Below, one piece after another: positions 1 to 8,688 of a DNA stretch of 64,000 bases. Below the pieces are notes generated by a model. The model did not search any database. It saw only the letters and a program-made list of their open reading frames with translations, and was not told the origin of the DNA. Position 1 is the first letter of the stretch, and every line of letters begins with the position of its first letter. The position numbers and the translations under genes are program-made. Origin of the DNA: an uncultured delta proteobacterium (GTDB taxonomy: Bacteria > Myxococcota_A > Polyangia > Polyangiales > Polyangiaceae); NCBI GenBank assembly GCA_963841435.1, contig CAWJCS010000003.1, positions 608,001 to 672,000 of the forward strand. The letters are read 5' to 3'.

Positions 1-1022
1 CCGACGACGACGAACCTGAGCATCTTCTTCTTGAGCTCGAGATCCGGCTCGCGCGCGGCCGTCTCGAAGCTGTCGATGATGTGATTCCTGAGCGCAATCG
101 CATCGCCGAGCTCGCGCATCATGAACGCGCGGTCGCTGCCCTTCGTGCCGAAGGTCTGCGTCGTCGAACCCGGCGCGAGCACGAGGTAATCGAACGGCGT
201 CTCGTCGTGGCGCACGCGAAGCTCCCCGCTCGAAACGTCGGCATCGACATCGACCTTGGACACCACGACGCGCCTCGCGAGGTCGATGTGCTCGACCGTC
301 TCCTTCTTGAAACGCACGTTCGTGGCCTCGAAGATGCGCCGAAACGGGTACGTGACCTGCCGTGTTTCGATCGCCCCCACGGCGACACTCGGCAGGAGCG
401 GCGGGAACAGAAAGTAGTTCTTCTTGTCGATGACCGTAAGCTCGAGGCGCTCGCTGTAGCCGAGCTCGCGGTCGAGGCCGACGGCCGTGTAGAGCCCCGC
501 GAACCCGCCGCCGACGATCACGACGCGCACGGGCTTCTCGGGCGGCGAGGGCCAGTTGCGGCGCCGCCACATCGCCAGAAGCGGCGCTCCGATGAGGTAA
601 CCGAAGAGCCCCGTGAGCCCGAGCACCACGACGCCAAGCGCCATCCGCGCCGGAGCGAAGACCGGGACGACGAGCCAAAAGAGAACGTCGAGCCCCGCGA
701 GCGCGCTCGCGACGACGAACAGGGCCCGGCGGCTCAGGCGGGGCAGCGGCATGTGCCGGATCAACGCGAGCGTCACGGGCAGGATGACGAGCAGCGAGAG
801 TAGGTGGGCGAGAAAGAGCCCGGCACGAAGCGTGGGGCTCAGCATCGAAAGACGAACGCCGAAGTCGAGCAGCGTTCCCAGGGAGAGCCCCCAGTTGACC
901 GCCGTCACCGACACCACCCATCCGAGCCCGAATAGCGTGAACGCGACGAGCAGCACGCTGGAGAGCAGAAGCTTCGTCCAGACGGCCAGGTTTCTGAGCG
1001 TGTAAACGTTGCGGCGGGCCAT
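1..1022 (-). CDS. ndh: Type II NADH dehydrogenase-like NAD(P)/FAD oxidoreductase with N-terminal membrane domain (3' end outside window)
   Basis: Not in the ORF track; translated manually from ATG 1022: MARRNVYTLRNLAVWTKLLLSSVLLVAF... with about 4 hydrophobic segments, then RVVIVGGGFAG, NYFLFPPLLPSVAVG, FDYLVLAPGS, DAIALRNHII and LRFVVVG at the window edge. Confidence 0.85.
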   Translation of the reverse strand, partial: MARRNVYTLRNLAVWTKLLLSSVLLVAFTLFGLGWVVSVTAVNWGLSLGTLLDFGVRLSMLSPTLRAGLFLAHLLSLLVILPVTLALIRHMPLPRLSRRALFVVASALAGLDVLFWLVVPVFAPARMALGVVVLGLTGLFGYLIGAPLLAMWRRRNWPSPPEKPVRVVIVGGGFAGLYTAVGLDRELGYSERLELTVIDKKNYFLFPPLLPSVAVGAIETRQVTYPFRRIFEATNVRFKKETVEHIDLARRVVVSKVDVDADVSSGELRVRHDETPFDYLVLAPGSTTQTFGTKGSDRAFMMRELGDAIALRNHIIDSFETAAREPDLELKKKMLRFVVV

Positions 1023-1034
1023 GTCGCCGGGTGG

Positions 1035-1059
1035 TACGCGGGCGGCCGCCGGCGGTTAC
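1035..1059 (-). promoter_or_regulatory. Putative ECF sigma promoter (GTAACC-N15-CGTA) for the NDH-2 gene
   Basis: AAC/CGT ECF-type -35/-10 elements ending 12 nt before the ATG; same architecture as the opposite-strand promoter. Confidence 0.5.
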
Positions 1060-1074
1060 CGCTTCACTTTGTGG

Positions 1075-1099
1075 GAAACCGGGGCCCGGGTCCGCCGTA
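1075..1099 (+). promoter_or_regulatory. Putative ECF sigma promoter (GAAACC-N15-CGTA) for the DoxX-precursor-MNIO operon
   Basis: AAC/CGT ECF-type elements with identical spacing to the divergent one. Confidence 0.5.
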
Positions 1100-1177
1100 G
1101 GGGATGCGACGCCGCGAGCACTCGTCGCTCGCACGGTCGATTCGAAATGCCCCGTTTCGGGGTGAGAGGAGCTCGTC

Positions 1178-1681
1178 GTGGATGCCTCACATTGGCTCGC
1201 ACGCGCGCCCAAGCGCGCCTTGGATTTGCTGAAGAAGGTGGAATTTACCGGGCCGCTCCTGGCCCGCATCACGCTCGGCGTGCTCTTCATGAGCACCGGT
1301 TGGGGCAAGGTGCACTCGCTCGACAAGGTGACCGCGTTCTTCATGGACCTCGGTATCCCCGCGCCGGGCTTCCATGCGCACCTCGTGAGCTTCGTCGAGC
1401 TCATCGGTGGTGGGCTCCTACTCGTCGGGCTCGCGTCCCGCCTCGCCGCCCTGCCGCTCATCGTCTCGATGGCCGTGGCGATCGTCACCGCGCAGCGCGA
1501 AGACGTGCACGGCCTGGCGGATCTGTTCGGCCTCGTCGAGTGGACGTACCTCGCGCTCTTGTTCTGGATCGCGGTCGCGGGCCCCGGCAAGGCCTCGCTC
1601 GATCACCTGCTCACGTCGCGCCGCTCTGGCACGCGCGCCGAGCCCAAGACGAATGCCGAGCTTTCCGCGAAGACCACGTAA
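1178..1681 (+). CDS. DoxX family membrane protein (BufD-like)
   Basis: LARITLGVLFMSTGWGK, ELIGGGLLLVGLASRLAA, GPGKASLD; SD GAGGAG upstream of GTG. Confidence 0.9.
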   Translation: MDASHWLARAPKRALDLLKKVEFTGPLLARITLGVLFMSTGWGKVHSLDKVTAFFMDLGIPAPGFHAHLVSFVELIGGGLLLVGLASRLAALPLIVSMAVAIVTAQREDVHGLADLFGLVEWTYLALLFWIAVAGPGKASLDHLLTSRRSGTRAEPKTNAELSAKTT

Positions 1682-1729
1682 GGCTCGGGATCTCGAACCG
1701 TAACCGAAAGAAAGAAGGAGAACCAACTC

Positions 1730-1963
1730 ATGACCTCGATCCTGATGGCGGCCGCAATCTCTGGCATCGTGAGCGGCGCAGAGCAGACCGAAACCAGCAT
1801 GCGCTCAGCCAACGCGTTCGGCGCGCAGAGGCTCGCCGACGGCGCCGGCAAGCACAGCTGCAAAGGCAAGAACGCTTGCAAGGGCCAGGGCGGCTGCAAG
1901 ACCGACAAGCACGCCTGCAAAGCCCAGAACGCTTGCAAGGGGCAGGGTGGCTGCAAGGGCTGA
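1730..1963 (+). CDS. Cys-rich RiPP precursor, bufferin BufA2-like
   Basis: SD AAGGAG; short hydrophobic N-terminus; two KHxCKxxNACKGQGGC repeats (6 Cys); directly upstream of DUF692. Confidence 0.85.
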   Translation: MTSILMAAAISGIVSGAEQTETSMRSANAFGAQRLADGAGKHSCKGKNACKGQGGCKTDKHACKAQNACKGQGGCKG

Positions 1964-1985
1964 GCCCCGCCCGGGAGTAACCCGG

Positions 1986-2840
1986 GTGGTCGCGGACTCC
2001 GCGGCCGCCCGGGGACACTTCCCCGAGCTCGGCGTGGGCGTCGGTCTTCGCACCACGCACTTCGCCGAGATCCTCGAGACGGCGCCCGACGTCAACTTCT
2101 TCGAGGTGCTGAGCGAAAACTTCATGTACACGTCGGGGCGTCCGCTCGAATTTCTGGACGCCATCGCCGAGCGCTATCCGCTCGTGATGCACGGCGTGTC
2201 GCTGTCGATAGGCTCGAGCGATCCTCTGGATTTCCGCTATCTGGCCGAGCTCAAGGCGCTCCGAGACCGGATTGGCGCGTCGCTCGTGTCCGATCACTTG
2301 TGCTTCACGGGCGTGCTCGGAAAGAACCTGCACGACCTCCTGCCTCTGCCGCTCACCGAGGAAGCCCTCCACCACGTCGCTTCCCGCGTTCGAACCGTCC
2401 AGGACTATCTCGGGGCGCCGATCGCGCTCGAGAATCCGTCCACCTACGTCGAATTCGCTGGCTCGACGTTGCGTGAATGGGAGTTCTTGTCTGCGCTCAC
2501 CGCCGAGACGGGCGCGCTCTTGTTGCTCGACGTGAACAACGTCCACGTGAGCGCTTACAACCACGGGTTCGATGCGCACGAGTACCTGCGCGGCATTCCG
2601 ATGGAGCGGGTCGCGCAGTTTCACGTCGCGGGTCACACGCACTACGGCACGCACATCATCGACAGTCACGTCGGTCCCGTGCCGGACCCCGTGTGGCATC
2701 TGCTCGCCGAGGCCGGCGCGCTCGGGGCCCGAGCGCCCGTGCTGCTCGAGTGGGACGCAGAGATTCCACCGTTTTCCGTCGTGCACGCCGAGGCGCGACG
2801 TGCCGAGCGCTACCTTTTGCCCGAGGCCGGTGCGGCATGA
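1986..2840 (+). CDS. DUF692 multinuclear non-heme iron oxidative enzyme (MNIO, BufB-like)
   Basis: GVGLR, EVLSENF, HGVSLSIGS, SDHLCF, LENPSTY, LLDVNN, HVAGH, IDSH, LEWD; GTG start after GGGAG. Confidence 0.93.
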   Translation: MVADSAAARGHFPELGVGVGLRTTHFAEILETAPDVNFFEVLSENFMYTSGRPLEFLDAIAERYPLVMHGVSLSIGSSDPLDFRYLAELKALRDRIGASLVSDHLCFTGVLGKNLHDLLPLPLTEEALHHVASRVRTVQDYLGAPIALENPSTYVEFAGSTLREWEFLSALTAETGALLLLDVNNVHVSAYNHGFDAHEYLRGIPMERVAQFHVAGHTHYGTHIIDSHVGPVPDPVWHLLAEAGALGARAPVLLEWDAEIPPFSVVHAEARRAERYLLPEAGAA

Positions 2841-3691
2841 TGTCGAGCCCCCCGCTCGCCACGCTACAGGCGTGGTTCGCCGCCGTCACCACGAATCCGC
2901 GTGGCGTCGAAGCCGGGATCGCCGACGCCGAGCGCGGCATCTCCCTCGGGGCCGACAACGAGCTCGGCCTCCTCAGGCTCGTCACGAAGGGTCCGGCGCT
3001 TTCCGCGCTCGACCGCCTCGCGATTTACCACGCCGGCTACCACGCGCGTCTCGTCGAGTGCCTCCTCGACGACTACCCGGCCGTGGCACATTGGCTGGGC
3101 GAGGACGAATTCGCGGCGCTCGCGCGGTCGTACATTTTCGCGAACCCGTCACGCTCACCGAGCCTGAACCGCTTCGGCGAGCGCTTCGCGGAGCACTGCC
3201 GTGGGCAACCCGGCACGTGGGGCGCCTTCGCCGCCGATCTCGCGCGACTCGAGTGGGCGATCGTGGAAGCCATCCACGCCCCCTCCCCCGCACCGCTCGA
3301 TCGCAGCGTCATCTTCGGCGTACCCGAAGACGCCTGGGCGACGACCCAGCTCGTGCCGAGCCCATCGCTCCGACTCGTGCGCTCGGAGTACCCGGTGAAC
3401 GACTACTACGTCGCCTTTCGCGAGGGCTCCGACCCGGACCCGCCGAGCCGCGCCGCGAGCGCCACGGCGGTGCTCCGGAAAGGCCAGGCCGTCTGGCGCT
3501 ACGACCTCCCTCCTCGCATGGCCGACCTCCTCCAAGAGCTGATGCGCGGCACACCGCTCGGCGTGGCGCTCGGTGCGCTCGAAGGTCGCATCCACGATCA
3601 CGAGGGTCTCCTCGCACTGCGTCGCCAGCTATCCGAATGGTTCGCGACCTGGGTCGAATCGAGCTTCTTCGCGGGCGTCCGACGGACCTAA
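2837..3691 (+). CDS. DUF2063/HvfC/BufC-type MNIO partner protein
   Basis: ATGA overlap with MNIO stop; RLAIYHAGYHARL, DYPAV, FAALARSY, DLARLEWA. Confidence 0.85.
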   Translation: MMSSPPLATLQAWFAAVTTNPRGVEAGIADAERGISLGADNELGLLRLVTKGPALSALDRLAIYHAGYHARLVECLLDDYPAVAHWLGEDEFAALARSYIFANPSRSPSLNRFGERFAEHCRGQPGTWGAFAADLARLEWAIVEAIHAPSPAPLDRSVIFGVPEDAWATTQLVPSPSLRLVRSEYPVNDYYVAFREGSDPDPPSRAASATAVLRKGQAVWRYDLPPRMADLLQELMRGTPLGVALGALEGRIHDHEGLLALRRQLSEWFATWVESSFFAGVRRT

Positions 3692-3785
3692 TCCCCACGA
3701 CGAACGCCCAGCACGCGCCAGCCGATTCGGCCCACCACGCCAGAAGCAAGCGCTGGCAACCCGCGGCCCCGCTCGCGAACACCCC

Positions 3786-4256
3786 CTATTTGCGCACGAT
3801 GAACACCGAGCAATGCGACTTTCGCATCAACGTCTCGGCAATCGACCCGAGCAGGAGACGCTCGAGCCCCGCACGGTCGTCGGTGCCGATCACGAGCACG
3901 TCCGCCTTGAGCTCCCCCACGGTGCGCAGGACCTCGCCCGTGGGGTCACCCACGAGGAAATGCCCGGTCACCGTGTTCCGGCACTGCGCGCGCGCCGCGC
4001 GAACGTGCGCTTCGAGGTGCTCCTTCGAATCCTCGAGCGCGGCGCCGCTGGTCTCGGTGGACCAGGAGTGACCACGTTCGAAGCGGCTCGTCCGGAAGAC
4101 GTGAAGGATGTGGACGTTCGCCTCGGGTAGCGCGCGGGCGAGACGGGCCGCCATCGACACGATGCGCTTGCTCGCGAGGGAGCTGTTGACGGCGGCAACG
4201 ATCACTTCGGGCTCTTCGCCCGTGTTCTGGAGGGGCGGCAGTTCGCTCTCGGTCAC
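3786..4256 (-). CDS. Universal stress protein (UspA family)
   Basis: ADVLVIGT, RLLLGSIAETLMRKSHCSVFIV; SD GGAGG. Confidence 0.9.
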   Translation of the reverse strand: MTESELPPLQNTGEEPEVIVAAVNSSLASKRIVSMAARLARALPEANVHILHVFRTSRFERGHSWSTETSGAALEDSKEHLEAHVRAARAQCRNTVTGHFLVGDPTGEVLRTVGELKADVLVIGTDDRAGLERLLLGSIAETLMRKSHCSVFIVRK

Positions 4257-4321
4257 GACCCGGCCTCCAAAACGATTGGCTCAGGAGAAAATTGGATGCT
4301 CATCTTGCACCATCCGTTGCT

Positions 4322-5596
4322 TCAGCGCTCGAGCAATACGAAAGCCAGGGTCAAGACCAGGTGTACCGGCAACATCGCAAAAAACGCAAATACTGCGTAC
4401 CGAACGAAGCTCGGTAGAGTGTACCCCGACCGTTCGGCGATTGCCTTGACCATGAGGTTCGGCCCGTTGCCGATGTACGTGGTGGCGCCCATCACCACGG
4501 CGCCGGCGCTGATGGCAGCGAGCTTGAGCGGCTCGATCCCCGCGACGAGGTCGGGCAAACCGTGCCCGAGACCGCGCGCCAGGGCGGCGAAGGCGGCGTA
4601 GGTGGGCGCGTTGTCGAGCAGCGCGGAGAGCGAACCCGCCGCCCAGAACATCTGCCAGGCCTGCTGGATGGGCATCTCGGGTGCGCGTACGGCAAGCTCC
4701 TTCTCGATGGGCACGAGGCAGACGAACAGGCCGACGAAGAGCACCGCGACCTCGAGAATCGGTCCGAAGCTGAAGCCATTGAGCTTTCGCACCTCGTGCT
4801 TGGTCGTGAAGTAGGCCGCGGCACCGATGCCGAGCATCGCGACCTCACGGACGACGTGGGGGAGGAAGGCAGCACCAATCACGGCGAGCAGCCAGAGGAG
4901 GTTCGTCGACCCCTGCAGCGAAATCGGCTTCTTTTCGGCGCGGTCGAGCGCGAGCGCCTCGGCGGTTTCCTTCTTGTACGCGCGCCGGTCGAACACGTAG
5001 AGCGCCACGGCGAAGAAGGCCACGTACAGGAACCAGACGGGGAAGAGGCGCAGCGTCCAGAAGAACGGCACGCCGCTCACGAAGCCGACGAGTAACGGCG
5101 GATCACCGAGCGGGGTCAGCATGCCGCCCGCGTTGGCGACACCGAGAATGAAGAAGGGCACGAGGTGCGCGGTGTGCGCGCGCTGCGAGTTGGTGCGGAG
5201 GAACGGCCGGATCAGCAGCATGCTCGCGCCGGTGGTTCCGATGAGACTCGCGAGCAACGAGCCAATCAGCAAGAAGGTGACGTTCGTCCGCGGTGTCGCC
5301 TCGAGATCGCCGGTGGCGTAGACACCGCCCGCCGCGATGAACAGCGCACCGAGCGTGCTGATGAAAGTGACGTAGCCGGACACCGCATGCATGACCTCTT
5401 CGTGCTGGCCGTGCAGGACGAGGTAACCGACCACTGGGCTCGCGCAGGCGAGCACGACGAGCCCCTGGAACCAGTGATGCTCCCAGGCGTGAGGAAGCAC
5501 CAGGGGCAGCACCGCCATGCCGAGCACGAGCGCCACGAAGGGCGACATCGTCCACATCGGCAGGGTTTCGACGGCGGCGTGAGAGAGCTCGTGCAA
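4322..5596 (-). CDS. IT-superfamily transporter (putative Na+/H+ antiporter, CitMHS_2-like)
   Basis: Many TM segments; GTTGASMLLIRP, NAGGMLTPLGDPPL, LDNAPTY, TYIGNGPNLMVK; TTG start at 5596 inferred. Confidence 0.85.
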   Translation of the reverse strand: MHELSHAAVETLPMWTMSPFVALVLGMAVLPLVLPHAWEHHWFQGLVVLACASPVVGYLVLHGQHEEVMHAVSGYVTFISTLGALFIAAGGVYATGDLEATPRTNVTFLLIGSLLASLIGTTGASMLLIRPFLRTNSQRAHTAHLVPFFILGVANAGGMLTPLGDPPLLVGFVSGVPFFWTLRLFPVWFLYVAFFAVALYVFDRRAYKKETAEALALDRAEKKPISLQGSTNLLWLLAVIGAAFLPHVVREVAMLGIGAAAYFTTKHEVRKLNGFSFGPILEVAVLFVGLFVCLVPIEKELAVRAPEMPIQQAWQMFWAAGSLSALLDNAPTYAAFAALARGLGHGLPDLVAGIEPLKLAAISAGAVVMGATTYIGNGPNLMVKAIAERSGYTLPSFVRYAVFAFFAMLPVHLVLTLAFVLLER

Positions 5597-5719
5597 GTTG
5601 TGGATTCTCTTCCGGAAACGTCGAGTTTTCGCTCGGGCCCAAAAAGGGCGGGCCCGCACCACCACGCCTTGGCGCGACGGTACGGGCCCGCTCGCTTCTC
5701 TCTGACTCGAGTTACGATC

Positions 5720-7147
5720 TCAGCCCGCTTCGGCCTCCATGGGAGCGGCCAACGCCGAGCCGGCCGAAAGTGCCGAGGTCGGCACCGCCGTGCGCGGCAG
5801 ATCGTCCGGATAGGCTTCCATGCCCATCTCGGTCGCGTCGAGACCCGCTTCTTCGTCCTCGGCCGAGACGCGGATACCGATGGTCACCTTGAGCAGCCAC
5901 CACACGAGAGCGGAGATTGCGAAGGTGAACGCGCCGACGGCGACGACGCCCTTGAGCTGCACCATGAACTGTGCGGCGCCGCCGCCGAGCAACAGACCGC
6001 CCGACTTCAGGTCCACGCCAGCGACTTCCTTGGCGACCGTGAGGTCACCGAAGAGGCCGATGCAGAGGGTGCCGAAGACGCCATTCAGGAGATGCACGCT
6101 GGTCGCGCCCACCGGATCGTCGATCTTGATCCGGTCGAAGAAGAGCACGCCTTCGACGACGAGGAAGCCTGCGATCGCGCCGATCACGATCGACATCGTG
6201 CCGGTGACGAAGGCGCAGGGTGCCGTGATCGCGACCAAGCCCGCGAGGCAACCGTTGCAGGTGAGGCCGAGATCGGGCTTGCCGAGGCGCTTCCAGGAGT
6301 AGATGGTCGCGACCGCCGCGCCGGCGGCCGCCGCCATGTTCGTCGTGAGCACGATGTGCGCGATCGGTCCGGCGCTGGCACCCATGGTCGAGCCCGGGTT
6401 GAACCCGAACCAGCCGAGCCACAGGATGAACGTGCCGAGCGTGGCGCTCGTCATGTTGTGGCCGGGGATGGCCTTCGGCTTACCGTCCTTGCCGTACTTA
6501 CCGATACGCGGTCCGAGGAAGATGATGCCCGCGAGCGCCGCCCAGCCGCCGATCGAGTGAACGACGGTGGAGCCGGCGAAGTCGAACATGCCGTCGGAGC
6601 CGAGGAAGCCACCGCCCCAGATCCAATGACCTCCGATCGGGTAGATGATGGCGCCCATGACGACGCTGAAGATGAGGAACGCTCCGTAGTGGATGCGTTC
6701 CGCAACAGCGCCCGACACGATGGTGGCCGCGGTTCCGGCGAACACCAGCTGGAAGAAGAACTTGGCGTAAACCGGCACGGAGGTCCAAGACAGGGCCTCG
6801 AACACCTTGGGGTCGTTCGGAACGAACCAGCCGCTCATCCCGATGTAATCGTTGCCATTCCCGAACATCACCCCGAAGCCCACGAAGTAGTAGATGAGCG
6901 TCGTTGCGGCGAAGACCAGGAAGTTTTTACCGAGGATATTGACCGTGTTCTTCTTCCGGCAAAATCCAGATTCGACGAGGGCAAAGCCCGCGTTCATCCA
7001 GAAGACCAGGAAGCCAGTGAACAACACCCAGATGGTGTCGGCGGTGACCTTCAGCTCGGCCGTGGTGGGGCCGTCATCTGCCAGTGCCAAGGCCGGCACG
7101 AGCAGAAGGCTCAAGATCGTCAGAAGAATGCGATGACTCTTTCTCAT
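5720..7147 (-). CDS. amtB: Ammonium transporter
   Basis: FQLVFAGTAATIVSGAVAER, DFAGSTVVH, LWLGWFGFN, DDPVGATSVH (twin His); signal peptide from ATG 7147. Confidence 0.96.
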   Translation of the reverse strand: MRKSHRILLTILSLLLVPALALADDGPTTAELKVTADTIWVLFTGFLVFWMNAGFALVESGFCRKKNTVNILGKNFLVFAATTLIYYFVGFGVMFGNGNDYIGMSGWFVPNDPKVFEALSWTSVPVYAKFFFQLVFAGTAATIVSGAVAERIHYGAFLIFSVVMGAIIYPIGGHWIWGGGFLGSDGMFDFAGSTVVHSIGGWAALAGIIFLGPRIGKYGKDGKPKAIPGHNMTSATLGTFILWLGWFGFNPGSTMGASAGPIAHIVLTTNMAAAAGAAVATIYSWKRLGKPDLGLTCNGCLAGLVAITAPCAFVTGTMSIVIGAIAGFLVVEGVLFFDRIKIDDPVGATSVHLLNGVFGTLCIGLFGDLTVAKEVAGVDLKSGGLLLGGGAAQFMVQLKGVVAVGAFTFAISALVWWLLKVTIGIRVSAEDEEAGLDATEMGMEAYPDDLPRTAVPTSALSAGSALAAPMEAEAG

Positions 7148-7692
7148 GGGGAACCTCGTCCGTGGGGGGAGCCCTTTCGTTCGCCCCACATCCTCGTCAC
7201 GTGAGTTGTCGGGGATGTTTCGTGAAAACGACCTGTGTGACACGATTCTCCAAGCCGGACGGTTTCAAGGTCGCAGAAAGGGGCCGCCGCAATCCGCCTT
7301 CAGTGAAAGACTCTCGCGCCGATGGGGGGCCTCGACCGTGGCGCCATGGGGCAGCCGATAGAGGTCGATTCAATCATTTCCGCGACTTCACTCTAGGGGC
7401 TCGAGACCCCGAGGGTCGACGACGCAACGCGTGAGATAGTGGAAGCCCCAACCGATGGGGGGCGGAGCGCGGCGAAGAAAAAAATGAAGCCGACGAAGGC
7501 ACCCGGCGCCCGAAGACGCCGCGTCGGCGCGCTGCGCCACGACGACGCTCGACGCGCGCGAGCTCGGCGCGGTCGAAGCGACCAAACGACGACAATCCGG
7601 CCCCGCGCGTCGAGGCGGAACGGGCGAGACGAGGCGCTTTCGCGACCCGATCGTCGCGGTCCCGGGTGGCGCTCCCGAAGAGGACCGGCGCG

Positions 7693-8688
7693 CTAGCCGC
7701 CAGTGAAGCTCTCGCCGCTCACGGAAGAGCGCACGTCGAGCGCGAGCGCGCACGCATCGACGGACGCGGCGTATTCGGCGCGCGTCGCCGGCGAGAGGGA
7801 GCTCGGGTCGACGCGCCGTCTCACGGCGAACAGGAGTTTCTTCGAGGTCAGGTCGACGAGCCCCACGCGCACGTCGTGCGGGCGCTCGCCGTCGAGCTCC
7901 GCGGGCTTTCTGCGGTCCCCGGGCTCGTCCATGGCGTAGAGCAGAAGCTCCGCCTTGGCTGCGGCCTTGGCGTCCGCGAGGGGCGCCCGCTCGACGACGC
8001 GCACGAGCTCCCCGAGCTCGCGGGGGTCGGACGCCGCGAGCACGCGCGACTCCCAGGCGGCTCCGAGCAGCGGCAACCCCACGAGCGCGTGGTGCAGGCG
8101 CGCGACGTGCCCCGCGGCGCGCACGACCCGCGCGCCGCCGCCGTACGCAGAGCGGGCACGGCCGAGCAACGCCTTTTCGGTACGCGAGCTCGGCGGCTCG
8201 AGCAAGCAAAGGACGAACGCGTCGTTGAAGGAGCTCATGGCGGCCTCGGCGACTCCGGAGGGCCCGGCGAAGCTCTCGAGCGGGCCACGCACGTACACCG
8301 TCGGGCGCGCGAGCGCGCTCGCCAGGGCGCCCTCGGCGCGGAGCGCGGGCTCGATGGTGTCGCTCACGAAGGGCCCGGCGCAGCGCTCGAGCCAGCCCTC
8401 GACGCGAACGCCGAGATTCTTCTGCTCGGCATTCAGGGACGCGGATTCGCTTCTGAGCTTCGAAAGCAGCGCCGCTCGCTGCCGCTCGAGATCGTCTCGC
8501 GCGCGCTTTCGCGCGACGATGAGGCTCGAAATCGCCACGACCATCGCCACGACGAGCCCCACCCGCAAGATCGAGAGCGCGAGGGGCAAGACGCGCCGCG
8601 TGGAGCGAGGCCCTCGTCCTCGGACGCTCGCCTCCACGCGCGCACGCAGCTCCGGCGACATGCGCGGGGTCGTGAGCAGGGTCGGCAT
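7693..8688 (-). CDS. Hypothetical protein with single N-terminal TM helix
   Basis: MPTLLTTPRMSPELRARVE..., TM followed by coiled-coil-like stretch; TGATG overlap with upstream MutS-like gene. Confidence 0.7.
   Translation of the reverse strand: MPTLLTTPRMSPELRARVEASVRGRGPRSTRRVLPLALSILRVGLVVAMVVAISSLIVARKRARDDLERQRAALLSKLRSESASLNAEQKNLGVRVEGWLERCAGPFVSDTIEPALRAEGALASALARPTVYVRGPLESFAGPSGVAEAAMSSFNDAFVLCLLEPPSSRTEKALLGRARSAYGGGARVVRAAGHVARLHHALVGLPLLGAAWESRVLAASDPRELGELVRVVERAPLADAKAAAKAELLLYAMDEPGDRRKPAELDGERPHDVRVGLVDLTSKKLLFAVRRRVDPSSLSPATRAEYAASVDACALALDVRSSVSGESFTGG

Noticed and set aside
7394-7425. GGGGCTCGAGACCCC resembles a tRNA T-arm or att site
   Set aside because: Loop is not TTCRA, no cloverleaf, no integrase nearby
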